Assembly: GCF_006345805.1 (NCBI RefSeq)
Contig: NC_042997.1
Span: 32,426,001 to 32,490,000, forward strand
Length of the DNA: 64,000 nucleotides
Reading direction: 5' to 3'
Source of the DNA: Octopus sinensis
Lineage: Eukaryota
Position numbers and translations under genes: made by a program. The notes below the pieces were generated by a model. That model ran no database searches and had not been told where the DNA came from. It saw nothing but the letters and a program-made list of their open reading frames with translations. This document shows, one piece after another, positions 50,418-63,118 of this stretch (positions are counted from its first letter, which is position 1; each line of letters begins with the position of its first letter).

Positions 50418-51070
50418 ATCATCATCATCATCATCACCGTTTAATGTCCGCTTTACATACTGGTATCGACTGGACAGTTTGACTGAGGACTGGCAAACCA
50501 GGAGGCTGCACCAGGCTCCAATCTGATCTGGCAGGTTTCTACAGCTGGATGCCCTTCCTAACACCAGCCACTCCGAGAGTGTCGTGGTTGCTTTTTAAGT
50601 GCCTGCAGCATGGGAGTCAGTCAGGTGGTACTGGCATTAACCATGCTTAAATGATGCTTTTTACATGCTACCAGCATGAGTACCAGTCAGGCAGCTCTGG
50701 CATTGGCCATGACTATGGTTTTAGTTAACTCAACAAGTCTTCTCAAGCATGGCATATTGTTCAACGATTGAAAGGTACTTTTAACTGGGCCAGTTATGCG
50801 ACTCTGCTATTGACCACAGCTATGATCTCACTTAGCTTTCTGGGTCTTCTCAGGCACAGCATATCTCCAAAGGTCTTGGTTGCTTGTCGTTACCTCTGTG
50901 AGACCCAACGTTTGAATGTTGTGCTTCACCACCTCATCCCATGTCTTCTTGGGTCAACCTCTTCCACAGGTTCCCTCCACTGTTAGGGTGTGACACTTCT
51001 TCACACAGCTGTCTTCATCTATACACAACACATGACCATAATAGCACAGTTGTCTCTTGCACACTACATC
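50418..51070 (-). mobile_element. RTE LINE 3' end (ORF end plus family C 3' UTR), older copy
   Basis: Reverse complement of GRPKKTWDEVVKH-type sequence near 50920-51000, contiguous with family C and a (CAT)n tail at 50418. Confidence 0.8.
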
Positions 51071-51819
51071 TCTATAGGCATGATTGTATTGTTACCAAAT
51101 TTGCTTTGTGACTGTGTGTGGTTTCAGGCTTAGTTCCAATGTATGGGCATCATGAACAAGTGTCTTTTTCTGTAGGCTCAGGTTGACCAATGCCTTGTGA
51201 TTAAAATTGATTGGCAAAATCTTGAGGAGACTTGTGCTATGTGTGTGAGGTTGGTGGAGAAGTGTAATTCTGCATGGTTTTCATTAACTCCATTTGAGCA
51301 AAATTATTTACATTCTCCAGCAGACATGTTAATTCTGTTAACATATGGGATGAAAAGAAAAGAAAGACCTTACTTGATGGGGCTTGGGTGGGGGATGTTG
51401 GCACACAAATAAAGGTTTCGGCAACAGAAAAAGCATCTGGCCGTAAAATATCAATATCTGCCTCAACTGGTCTTCTCTAACCTATGCAAACATGCTTGTA
51501 CAATGCAAAAGTATGAAAATGAACAAACCACATCACATTGCATTTTGAATTCTTACGTATAGTATTTAAATTTTGATGACAAACTGTCAACCAAATAAAT
51601 ATCAAGAACCATGGTATTTAAACCTTTAGTAATCAGAGTATTCTTGTTTATAAATAAATATTAATACCTGTATTTTCAAGCCTATACTTCTCAAAGGATG
51701 TAAATATTCATAGATAAGAAATGTGTAGTTTTGAATTAGGTAAGACATATCAAAGTTCAACTTAGGTCTGGTTGTAAGTATAAAAACTGTTTCTAAATTT
51801 TGAAGTTTGTGAACAACAA

Positions 51820-52210
51820 TAGGCGCAGGAGTGGCTGTGTGGTAAGTAGCTTGTTTACCAACCACATGGTTCTGGGTTCAGTCCCACTGTGTGGCACCTT
51901 GGGCAAGTGTCTTCTACTATAGCCTCGGGCCGACCAAAGCCTTGTGAGTGGATTTGGTAGATGGAAACTGAAAGAAGCCTGTCGTATATATGTATATATA
52001 TGCGTGTTTGTGTGTCTGTGTTTGTCCCCTTAGCATTGCTTGACAACCGATGCTGGTGTGTTTATGTCCCCGTCACTTAGCGGTTCGGCAAAAGAGACCG
52101 ATAGAATAAGTACTGGGCTTACAAAAGAATAAGTCCCGGGGTCGAGTTGCTCGATTAGAGGCGGTGCTCCAGCATGGCCGCAGTCAAATGACTGAAACAA
52201 GTAAAGAGTA
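51820..52210 (+). mobile_element. SINE family A, young full-length copy
   Basis: AGGCGCAGGAGTGGCTGTGTGG head to GTAAAGAG tail. Confidence 0.92.
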
Positions 52211-54842
52211 ACAGCATTATATTAATCTTAATGATTAAACAATTGTAGTAACCCACTCATATGGTTTATCAGCTGATCCTCTTGAGATTAGAAAAATCCA
52301 CGCTATCTTTGTTGTCATGATAGTGTGAAGTATTGAACTAACATCACATTGAGCTAAGTTTAGTTAAATAGAATTCTACTTTGAGTGAATGCAAATGTAA
52401 ACACAAGCCAATAAGAGAGTTTTATGTGGTTGCTTGACCTGCTCAAAGTAGCAACCAAATCACCTTCAAACTAGCTTACAAGAAAGGTTACATTGAGTAA
52501 TGTAGTCGTGGACAGAGGGCATACACTCCTACTTTCAAATTATCAGAGGAAGTTTTTGGTTCCCTCATTATTATTGAAAAAGCAAAATAGTTTACATTCA
52601 TAAGATCTTTCTTTCTTCATTATAATGTTGGTGGACAAGGTTTTAAAGTTGTTGTCGTTTTTGTTTACCTTCAGGTTAGCTGAGATGGAACAGACTTAAC
52701 TCTCTAAAGGCATTCTAATTACGACCATCTCACCATAAGTTATACGCAATTACATTATTCAATGCATTAGTTATTTTCCTTAGCAGCTGGGTGTGATTTG
52801 ATGAAGATTTGGTTGCTATTCTTAGCAGGTCAAGTGACCACATAAAGACACTATCACTGGCCCATCATATGCTTTTACTTTCTAATGGTAGCTACAATGG
52901 CAGCAGGACATCCTGAGAATGTTGTCCTTGAATACATTTATGGTAGGCATCCCATAATGTTAGTTGGCTAAAACTACAGAAGCCTGAACTAAGTGATTCT
53001 ATTCAGCCTTATCAATTCATATCCCAAGTTTCAAATTTTGCTCCGATCAAGTTTACCTTTATGGTCAATTTGTTTTTCACCTTAGGATAAAATTGTTTTT
53101 TTTTTCTCTGATTGACAATACCACATCTCTTCATTAATTTGCCTTATGCCTAAATAAATCCTTATTCATATTCTCATTGAAATTATCTTGCATCTCATTC
53201 CTGGTGATAACATCTGTCAATTCCTTCCAAACTATTTGATGAAGTCTGTGTTTAAAAATAGACTAAAAGCTTCAGTCTTCATGTTGAATGACTAAAAATA
53301 GCTGTTCTTTTTTTTAATGGGATTTTTTGAAATGGATATTATGAAATGTCTCAACCATGTGGAACAATCTATCTAAAAAGAAAAAAAAAATGCATGTTGA
53401 CTAAATTATATTTTTCCTCCTGTTGAAAAAAGCTACCTAAAAGGGACAACAGAAAGTCTTTTTGTTGTCTGCCATTTTCTTATTATCATGATATGACTGA
53501 GGAGCTTGACAATGATTATCATTTTTACCCTCTGCCAGCTGTTCTCAGACAAAGCTTATTGCACAGAGGTAGCCAGTTAACTTCTTTGTGGCAATCTATA
53601 CATTTTGCTGCTTAGATATGCTGTATTTCAGCTGCATGCACACCCTGCAATATCGTGGTGAACTATAAAAGATACACAGCTTATGTCAAGAGCTAATAGT
53701 ATATATGGCAGATTTTACTCTTTTTTATACTTTGGAAACTTTTATCTGGTGGGATTTGATTAAAGCAAGGCAATAAGGATGGTTAATAAGTGATTACACC
53801 AAGCTTTCACATGTAACATTCATAGAAACTCAGTTAAACACTCACATACAAAAAAAAAAAGATGAAAAAATAAGAAATGCAGCTATAATCATCCTACCTC
53901 AGTTTCAAATAACATTCCCTATTGCAGCTTGATATCAGCCAAAACTGTTTCACATGTGTCTCTGCCGGTTTTCCTTGGCTAATATATTTATACCAAGATA
54001 TCTATTTATCTATCTATATATATATATATATACACATATACATATACACGAGCAAAACGCCCTCCCACTCCAACGGACGGTACTGAATCATATCTGCTGA
54101 ATAAAAAGCAATCAGTATTTTCTTTTCATTAAAAAATAATTAAGCATACCTTTATTTCAATAAAATTTTTGGTTTTGTTAAACGAAGTTAAGGTAAAAAA
54201 AAAACACTTTTTGAGAAATCAAATAGTCTTTCCTTCCTTCATGCCAAGTTTGAAGAAAACATTTCTTTTGCATCTTACTTTTTTGGTCTCTTAAATATAC
54301 TGCATTTTGTGGCATTATTTCAAGCCAGCTGGCTTTTTTTGCACAAACTGCACATACATTTTTCTCGCGTATGCGTAGTATCGATTGCAACAGCTGATGT
54401 ACTTGCACATACAAATGCATGTTCCCACGGCTTTATCGATCGCATTCTCACCTGGAATCGATTTTTGTAATTTTTTCAAGACTTATACACTCCCTCCAGT
54501 TTCTCGTTCTTCAGAAGTTTGAATCAAATTGTTTGTGAATGTGGCAAAAATCAGTATTGTCAACTATAAAACATACTTTTAGTTGATCTTTAAAAATCAC
54601 CTGATGATTGTTTACCGTACCTAGTAGTAATGCTTTTGTTGTGGCTACTTGGCCCCACATCAACCCTAATAATGGAAACATAATCAAAAACATTCCAAAA
54701 GTGACAATCCCATCTTTTTTCATTATTATTATTTTTCAGCATAGTATGTCTAAGACTACATTTTCCAATGTGTGCTCTCCTGTTATCTGTTTCCAAAAAC
54801 AGAAGAGTGTGTTATGAAGGAGATTTGTTTTATTATTTCTAA

Positions 54843-55009
54843 CAGGCGCAGGAGTGGCTGTGTGGTAAGTAGCTTGCTAACCAACCACATGGTTCCGGGT
54901 TCAGTCCCACTGCGTGGCATCTTGGGCAAGTGTCTTCTGCTATAGCCCTGGGCTGACCGATGCCTTGTGAGTGGATTTGGTAGACGGAAACTGAAAGATG
55001 CCTGTCGTA

Positions 55010-55048
<39 letters not shown>

Positions 55049-55265
55049 ATGCGTGTGTGTTTGCGTGTGTGTGTTTGTCCCCCTAGCATTGCTTGACAAC
55101 CGATGCTTGTGTGTTTACCTGCCCGTCACTTAGCGGTTCGGCAAAATGAGACCGATAGAATAAGTACTGGGCTTACAAAGAATAAGTCCCGGGGTCGATT
55201 TGCTCGACTAAAGGCGGTGCTCCAGCATGGCCGTAGTCAAATGACTGAAACAAGTAAAAGAGAGT
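54843..55265 (+). mobile_element. SINE family A, young full-length copy
   Basis: Complete head, internal (TA)n(TG)n, tail. An older minus copy lies at about 55975-56372. Confidence 0.92.
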
Positions 55266-57169
55266 AGGAGGTTGAGCAACTATGAGTCATGTAGTGCATT
55301 TTGGCAAACATATTTAATATATATATTTTCTAAACAGCTCATTGGGATAAGCTTATAAGATGCTAATGTTTTCTCTTGGCATCTTTGTATTTGCTGTTGC
55401 TATTGCTGGGACACAGGATATGGTCCTCGTGGAATATTGGAATCATTATACATTTTGTTGTCTCTTTAGACTTGCATTTACATAAGCATTCATATTTGGG
55501 CATTCACATCTGCACACACATACACACAGATATGCACACACACACACAAACACACATGTGCACGTTCACATATTTCTATGTTTGCATGTACATACGTGCA
55601 CAGATTCACACAGCTATATTCACACATATTCATATATATATATATATACTCGTCTTTTCACATCATACAGTTTGCCAATGACTATCAGTTTCATCTTTGA
55701 ATGCAGCAATACCAGCTGGGTAAAGAACACCTATAATGAAGTGAATACATAGATCTGATGATGGAACAGCTGAAACCCTTTGTGTCTAAAGCAATGCTTG
55801 GTTCATTTTGTTGTGTGTGTGTGTGTGTGTGTGTTTGGATTTGCAACTGAGAGAAAGATAAATACTCAATGAATATAGTTGAATTGTTGGATTTTTTTAC
55901 AGCTGAGGTTTTATTCTAAGGCTGCTCTGAACACCCCGTTTCCATTCTTAACAACAATTAAAATTAAAATATTCAGGTTTCTCTTTCTTGTGTCAGTCAT
56001 GGGACTGCAGTCATGCTTGGGCATTACCACGAAGGGCTTTAGTTAAATTAATCCCAGTACTTGTTTTTTCTTTTTTTTTTCTTTTTTTTTTTGAGCCTGG
56101 TACATCTTATTCAATTGTTCCCTTTTGCTGAACTGTTAGGTTACAGGGATGTAAACAAACTAATACCAGTTGTCAAGTAGTGGCAGATGACAAGCACATG
56201 CACACACACACATGTACACACACACACATGCACACACACACACACAATGGGCTTCTTTCTGTCTGTCAACCAGATCCACTTGCAAGATTTTGGTCAGCCC
56301 AAGGCCATCGTAGAAGGTGCCACCCAGGGCCATGTGGTTGGGAAGCAAACTTCTTACCACACAGCCATGCTTTGAGTCCCTAGATTTTCTGTCACCTACC
56401 GTAGGCCAATTTCTATTTCTAGTATCTACTGGTGCATACTGTTTGTGGACCAGGCTGCACATAATAACTCTACTTCATAAACAGTTTGTTGTTGGTCAGT
56501 TGGGTAATACAGTAAGAACTTTCAAAATGGTATTTTTGTTGCTCAGTCCAAAGTTAATTCTGACCAAGCAGGGCAGACCTTTGATCAATAGTATTCTAGT
56601 AATGATCATTTCACTTTATTTCCAGTGTTAGTATATCTGAGACTACATTCTCTAATCTATCCTTGTTTATGATGATAGGATGCTACAAGAGGGAAATTTT
56701 GCAGCTATTTCTAGTTGATTGAATGACTAATATAAAGGCTCCCTTGTTAGTTCATTGTCAGTATGATGTTTTCTGCAGGTTGTAGAATATTCTCTCATTT
56801 GTAACTGAAAGTACTCTAAAAGATTCTTCTCTTTCATGTTTACATCTGGACAAAATTTCATATTCTGGATCACAAAAAGTTTGCACATGGCATGTTGAAT
56901 TTTGAATGTTAGGAGCTGAAGTTTCGCCAATAGCCCAGGATAAATCGAGGTGGTTGATTCTTTTTTCCATTCGGACATGGAAAGCAGATATAGAATTATG
57001 ATAATGTTGTTAAAACTCAGCCATTACTTTTGAGTATGATTCTTATGGCTTGTACCATGCTTCTGGTAGTTGTTTTAAGTATCCATAAAGTTGCAAGCAG
57101 GCACAGGCAAACTCTTGGCTCTCTCACAGTTAGGATGTGAAATCTGGAGAGAGAAAGAACTACATCAGC

Positions 57170-57335
57170 AGTTGGCTGGTAAAGCAACACAAATTTTAGC
57201 TGAGTAGACAGGAGCAATGTAAAATGAAGTATCTTGCTCAAAGTGCTCAAGGACGCTATGCCATGCCTCATCCAGGAATCAAACCCATGACTTAACCATG
57301 AACCCAGTACCCTAGCTACTAGCCACACCTCTTCA
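57170..57335 (-). mobile_element. tRNA-SINE working family E (CORE-like block TTGAGCAAGATACTTCATTT), about 70 nt upstream of the acceptor
   Basis: Minus strand GGTGTGGCTAGTAG...GGTTTGATTCCTGG; related copy at about 60405-60525 (-). Confidence 0.55.
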
Positions 57336-57403
57336 GTCAAATTATATATGTATGCCTATTCTTTTTTTTTATTTACTATTTTTTTTTTTTATTTATTTTG
57401 CAG

Positions 57404-57720
57404 GTCTTTTCAGTTTTTCTTCCCAACCGGAATCTCATCAGAGGTGTATGATCAAGGACTTCATGGAGCAGGCTATGCAGAATTCAGAGGATGGGAAATT
57501 TTTATATTTTTTACAGGCACCAGGCCCTGGAATGCCACCAGTTCCCATTCGTTTGCTATATCCTGTATCTCGCTTCTCCTCCATTTCCTCACTCATGCAT
57601 CTGTGCCGCTTCTCCATACTGGGCTTTGTACGTCGTGACCTTATCGATAATTTACCGATTCCCGAGAGCCTGAAGCTTTACTTAAAAGAAAGCCAGTATT
57701 TTGTGGAAACTTTACAGTAA
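57404..57720 (+). CDS. SOCS7: SOCS7-like terminal coding exon (C-half of SH2 plus SOCS box, stop TAA at 57718-57720)
   Basis: LFSFSSQPESHQRCMIKDFMEQAMQNSEDGKFLYFLQAPGPGMPPVPIRLLYPVSRFSSISSLMHLCRFSILGFVRRDLIDNLPIPESLKLYLKESQYFVETLQ*. GKFLYFL and PGxPPxPxxLLYPVSRF are SOCS7-like; SLxHLCR...LPxPxxLxxYL is the SOCS box. Frame matches the upstream phase-1 donor. Confidence 0.93.
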
Positions 57721-59180
57721 GTGGAAAGCACTTGAAACAACACATAACATAAACACATGTACTTACTTGTACACAGAACAAAGGAAATGGAATGCAACTC
57801 ATATTGCTGCTCACAAAGGATCAACTGAGTTAAATTTCATTGCCTGACTCAACTCCCTCTCCATACTCCCATTTTTCCACACACACCCACACCCCCTTTC
57901 TCTTTATATATATATGTATATATATATATATATATATATGTGTGTATGTATATATAAAAATAAATATATATATACATACATGACTAGAAATACCTTCGGT
58001 TAATTAATTGCTACACAGCTTAGCATTAGACTATTGTCCCTTTTGTGCGTGTGTGAGGTGAGTTTTTTTTTTGTTTTGCTTGTTTTTCTCAGTTATTACT
58101 GATTCTTGAAGACACAAAATAAATCATTTTTAAAAAAAATTAACCAGAGGTTGAAAATTAATAATACTAATGATTGATTTCTTTCAATTTTTTCCTTTGT
58201 TCTTTTCTTCATTTTCTTTTTTCTTTTTACACATTAAACCTAATGTCATTGTTTGTAAAAAAAAAAAAAAAAAAAAAAAAAGGAATGGTTTAGGTGAATG
58301 AATATCAATTTCAGTATATTACTGGTATATAATGTTTTATATTTTTCTTCTCCCTCCTCTTCCTGTACTTCTCATGGTGGAAGATGGGGGACTGAATTCA
58401 GAAAAGATTAAGTTTAAGAACTTAAAGGGCATAAAGAATCTTGGCTGGTTTGCCACTTACTGTATTAACATGGCGAGGTGAGCTGCAGCAAATGTTAAAG
58501 CATCAAAAACAAAAGTGGCATTGCATTATCTGTTTTGTCTCTTAGCTAAAATCCTGGGTCAATAAAATGAAGTAGCAGTCAAGGACTAAGGGTCAATGAT
58601 ATCAACTAACCCCCTCCCCTCAAAATCATTGGCCTTGTGCCAAAATCAGAAACCATTATTACTATTGTTATTGCAGCCAGCTGGAAGAATCATTACCATT
58701 CCAGGCAAAATGCTTAGCATCATTTTGTCTGTCTTTATGTTTTGAGTTCAAATTCTGCTGAGGTCAACTTTGCCTTTCATCTTTTCAGGGTCGATAACAT
58801 AAGTACCTATTGAACATTGGGGGTCAATGTAATCAACTTATCCCCTCCCCTGGAATTGCTGGCCTTTTGCCAAAATTTGAAACCATTATTATTATTATAT
58901 TATTATTATTATTAATATTATTTATTGTGGTAAACTGCCCAAAATCATTAGAATACTGGACAAAATGTTTAGCAGTATTTCATTCATCTTTATATTCTCA
59001 GTACAAATTCTACCAAGGTCAGTTTTATTTCATCCTTTCTGGGGTTAATAAAATAAGTACCAGTTGAGCACTGGGGTCAATGTAATCAACTAGCCCCCTC
59101 CCCAAAAAATTTCAGGTCTTGTGCCTATAGTAGAAAGGATTATTATTTTTATTATTATTATTATCATTATTATTATAATT

Positions 59181-59437
59181 AAGGTGGCAAGCTGGCACAG
59201 TCGTTAACATACCGGGCAAAAATGCTTGGCGGCATTTCGTCCATCTTCACATTTTGAGTTCAAATTCTGCCCAGGTCGACTTTACCTTTCATCCTCTCAT
59301 GGTCGATAAAATAAGTACCAGTTGAACACTGAGGTTGATGAAATCGACTTACCCTCTACCCTGAACTTACTGGCCTTGTGCCAAAATTTTAAGCCGTTAT
59401 TATTATTATTATTATTATTATGTTGTTATTATTATTA

Positions 59438-59468
<31 letters not shown>

Positions 59469-59742
59469 CATTATTATTATAATTAAGGTGGCAAGCTGGC
59501 ACAGTCGTTAACATACCGGGCAAAAATGCTTGGCGGCATTTCGTCCATCTTCACATTTTGAGTTCAAATTCTGCCCAGGTCGACTTTACCTTTCATCCTC
59601 TCATGGTCGATAAAATAAGTACCAGTTGAACACTGAGGTTGATGAAATCGACTTACCCTCTACCCTGAACTTACTGGCCTTGTGCCAAAATTTTAAGCCG
59701 TTATTATTATTATTATTATTATTATTGTTGTTATTATTATTA

Positions 59743-59760
<18 letters not shown>
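59181..59760 (+). repeat. Apparently identical tandem duplication, period 304 bp
   Basis: AAGGTGGCAAGCTGGCACAGTCG starts at 59181 and 59485; I saw no differences across the SINE body. Confidence 0.9.
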
Positions 59761-59779
<19 letters not shown>

Positions 59780-60614
59780 AGGCAGAATTGTTAGAGAAAC
59801 AGACAAAATGCTTTGCATTATTTCTTCTGACTCTTCACATGCAGGCTCCAAATCCTGCTGAGGTTAATTTTGCCTTTCATCCTTTCAGGGTCAGCAAAAG
59901 TAAAATTGAAATTACTGGGATCAATATAATTGATTAACCCCCCCAACACACACACACACACACTTCTCTCAAAATTATGAGCCTTATGCTTAAATTAGAA
60001 ACAATTAGTATTATCGTGTTGGTAACGAATAGCAATGTCATTAAGGTACCAGATAGAATGTTCAAAGCCTGCTGAGATTAATTTTTTTTTTTTCCCCTTT
60101 TATTCTTCTGGGATCAATAAAATATGTAACAGTCTAATTTAGCAGTGGTCTGCCCTTCGATAGGTCCTGTGAACCTTTTCCAGCACCCCCTATGCAACCT
60201 GGGAGGGCCTACACCATCCCTCTGCTACCATTAAGTAGATTACTAGAACTTCAGCTACCATGGCTGGACTTGGGATGAATCCTGGATTCAATTGGGGTTG
60301 CCCTCTCCAAGCAGGTGGGATTTGAACTCAAAATGTAGAAAACCAGAAGATATAACTGTAAAGCATCTCTGCCAATGCACCACTGATTCTGCCACTCTCC
60401 AACCCACAGAGCAAAGTGGAATGAAGTGTTTTGCTCAAGAACACAATGTACCACTCAATCCAGGAATTGAACCCACAATTTTATGATTGTGAGTGCAACA
60501 CCCTAACCACTAAGCCACACACCTTCACTAACAGTCTAGTACTGGGGTCTATATAATCAGATATAGACCCCACCACTAAAGTGTGTGGCCTTGTGCCTGT
60601 GTTAGGAATCATTA

Positions 60615-60806
60615 TTGGTGACCCCCTTCGGTCAGACACTGACCATGGGTTTGCACCTAGAGAGTTACCCTTTGAGGCACAAATCTGGGCAAGGTTGTTT
60701 TATGGAAGACCAGCAGTCGCCCAAGCATACCGGCCTCCCCTCTCCACGTCACCGATGTTTTCCAAGGGAAAGGCAAGGGCCGATACAGCTTGGCACCTGT
60801 GACGTC
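60615..60806 (-). repeat. CpG-rich interspersed-repeat-like fragment of a different family within the SINE cluster
   Basis: GC-rich island bounded by ATT-rich flanks; single copy here, so class unresolved. Confidence 0.3.
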
Positions 60807-61959
60807 ATTAGGTTTAATGTGAATCATTATTATTATTCAAATAAAAGCAGCAAGCTGGTAGCATTGTTAGCATGATGGACAAAATGTTTAGCAGCATTCC
60901 TTCTGACTTTATGTCCTAAATTCAAATACTGCCAAAGTCAACTTTGCTTTTCGTCCTTCTGGGGCTGATAAAATAAAGAACCAGTCAAATACTGGGGTCA
61001 GTGTTATCAAGTAATCCTCCTCCCCTAAAATTGTTGGCCTTGTTACAAAATTTGAGACCCTTATTAAAAACAAAAATAAAAGAATTATAATGTTGGTTGG
61101 TTGCATAAATGTTAGAGAAATGGACTAAATACTGTGCAGTATTTAGCTATTGATATTTATGACCTGAGGTCAAATGCTACCAGGGTTAGCTTTGCTGTCA
61201 TCCTTTCAGAGTTGATAAAATGAAGTACCAGTTAAGTAGCAGTATGTATTTAATTGACTAACAATGTTTCCCCTAATTTTGGGCCCTGTGCCTCGGTTTG
61301 AAACAGTTGTTAATCGTTAGCACGCCAGGCGAAATGCGTAGCCGTATTTCGTCTGCCATTACGTTCTGGGTTCAAATTCCGCCGAGGTCGACTTTGCCAT
61401 TCATCCTTTCGGGGTCGATAAATTAAGTACCAGTTACGCACTGGGGTCGATGTAATCGACTTAATCCGTTTGTCTGTCCTTGTTTGTCCTCTCTGTGTTT
61501 AGCCCTTTGTGGGTAGTAAAGAAATATTATTATTAAAAATGGCAGTACATCAGGCAGAATGCTTTGTTGCATTTCATTCATCTCAACGTTCTGAGTTCAA
61601 ATCCTATCAAGGTCAACTTTGCCTTTCATTTTTCAGGGTCAATAAATTAAGTACCAGTTGCATACTGGTGTTGATGTAATCAACTAGTTCCCTCCCTCCA
61701 AATTTCACGCCTTGTGCTTATAGTAGAAAGGATTATTATTATCATTAAAGTGGTGCACTGGCAGAATCGTTAGCATGATGGATAAAATGCTTAGCAGTAT
61801 TTCACCTGTTGCTACATTCAGTTCAAATTTCACTAAGGATGACTTCGCCTTTCAACCTTTCAGGGTTGATAAATTAAGTTACCAGTGAACCACTGGGGTC
61901 GATGTAATCGACTAGCCTCCTCCCCCAAAATTTCAGACCTTGTGCCTATAGTTAAAAGA

Positions 61960-61990
<31 letters not shown>

Positions 61991-63079
61991 TATTATTATT
62001 ATTATTATTAAGGCAGTGAGCTGGTCAAATCATTAGTGTGCCAGGCAAAATGTTTAATGACATTTTGTCCGTCTTTATGTTCTGAGTACCAGTCAAGTTA
62101 TGGAGTTGATGTAACCGACTAACTCCCACCTCCGAAATTGCTGGCCTTGTGCCAAAATTTGAAACTGTTATTATTATTAAAAGGGTGGTGGTTTGGTAGA
62201 ATGTTTTGCAGTATTTTGTTGCATTACTTTAACTTCTGAGTTCAAACTCCATCAAGGCTGATTTGGCCTTTTTTTTTTTTTCCAAGGTCAAAAAATAAAG
62301 TACTGGATCAGTATAATCAACTAACCCCCTAGCCCCAGATTTGTGGTCTTGTGCCTAAGTTAGAAACAATTGTTATTATTAAAAATAAAATATTTTTTCG
62401 AATTTTTTTTTTTCCACTTCTAAACAGACCCCCTACTTCCCACCAAAAAACTGACTGTGAACAATATTTTTTTCTTTCTTTTTATGAGAATGTAGGATCC
62501 AGGTGGGTGCTATGAAGAAAAAATTGTAAAGTCTTTTTAACAAGTTATTTTATTTTTATTATTAATTTTTTTCTTTGTTGTGTTGTTATATATTGATTGC
62601 TTAAAGAAGATGAAGAAGAAAAACCAAAAAATATTAACTACAAAATTGGAAAGGAAGAAAAAAAAAAGTTAAGGTAATATTATTATATTGTGGGAGAAAA
62701 CACTGATAAAAGAATAACAACAAAACAAAAAAATAAAACGTGTATATTGCAAAAACAAACAAACAAACAACAAAATGAAACTTTACATTGTTACTTAACG
62801 GAAGACATTTTTGTACATACACACATATACCCATGTATATACACATATACAGACATATTGACACATATAAATGTAAAATTTCAGAGGAGATTGGCTAAAC
62901 CAGATTTAACAAAAAAAAAAAAAAACAAAAAAAAAAACAAAGAAAGATAAACAAGGATCTGTGGTTAGCCCCTACTCTCCAGCTAAGCAATGCAAAAGGG
63001 CTGAATTTTCTATTCAACTTCATTAAGTGGGTGAGAGGAATATATATATATATACATATATATATATACATATATACAT

Positions 63080-63118
<39 letters not shown>

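Larger units (their letters stand above)
558..57403 (+). other. 56,846-nt phase-1 GT-AG intron of the SOCS7-like gene
   Basis: GT at 558-559; long U-rich tract and CAG at 57401-57403. Joining G557 to GT at 57404-57405 rebuilds a Gly codon and gives HTRMEHHKG-LFSFSSQP, collinear with SOCS7-type HTRMEHYRG-TFSLW as I recall it, so no exon is missing. Confidence 0.88.
58480..62375 (+). mobile_element. Dense cluster of about 14 family B SINE copies, nearly all head-to-tail, joined by (ATT)n
   Basis: Repeated GGCAAGCTGGC...GAGTTCAAATTC...TTTGCCTTTCATCC...AAGTACCAGTT...GGCCTTGTGCC units from about 58480 to 62375. Confidence 0.88.

Noticed and set aside
55750-55788. Third hammerhead-like string TAGAT-CTGATGA-N10-GAAAC...GTCTA
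   Set aside because: Stem I is plausible, but stem II does not pair, position 16.1 is G rather than U, and there is no inverted partner. At best a highly decayed relic.
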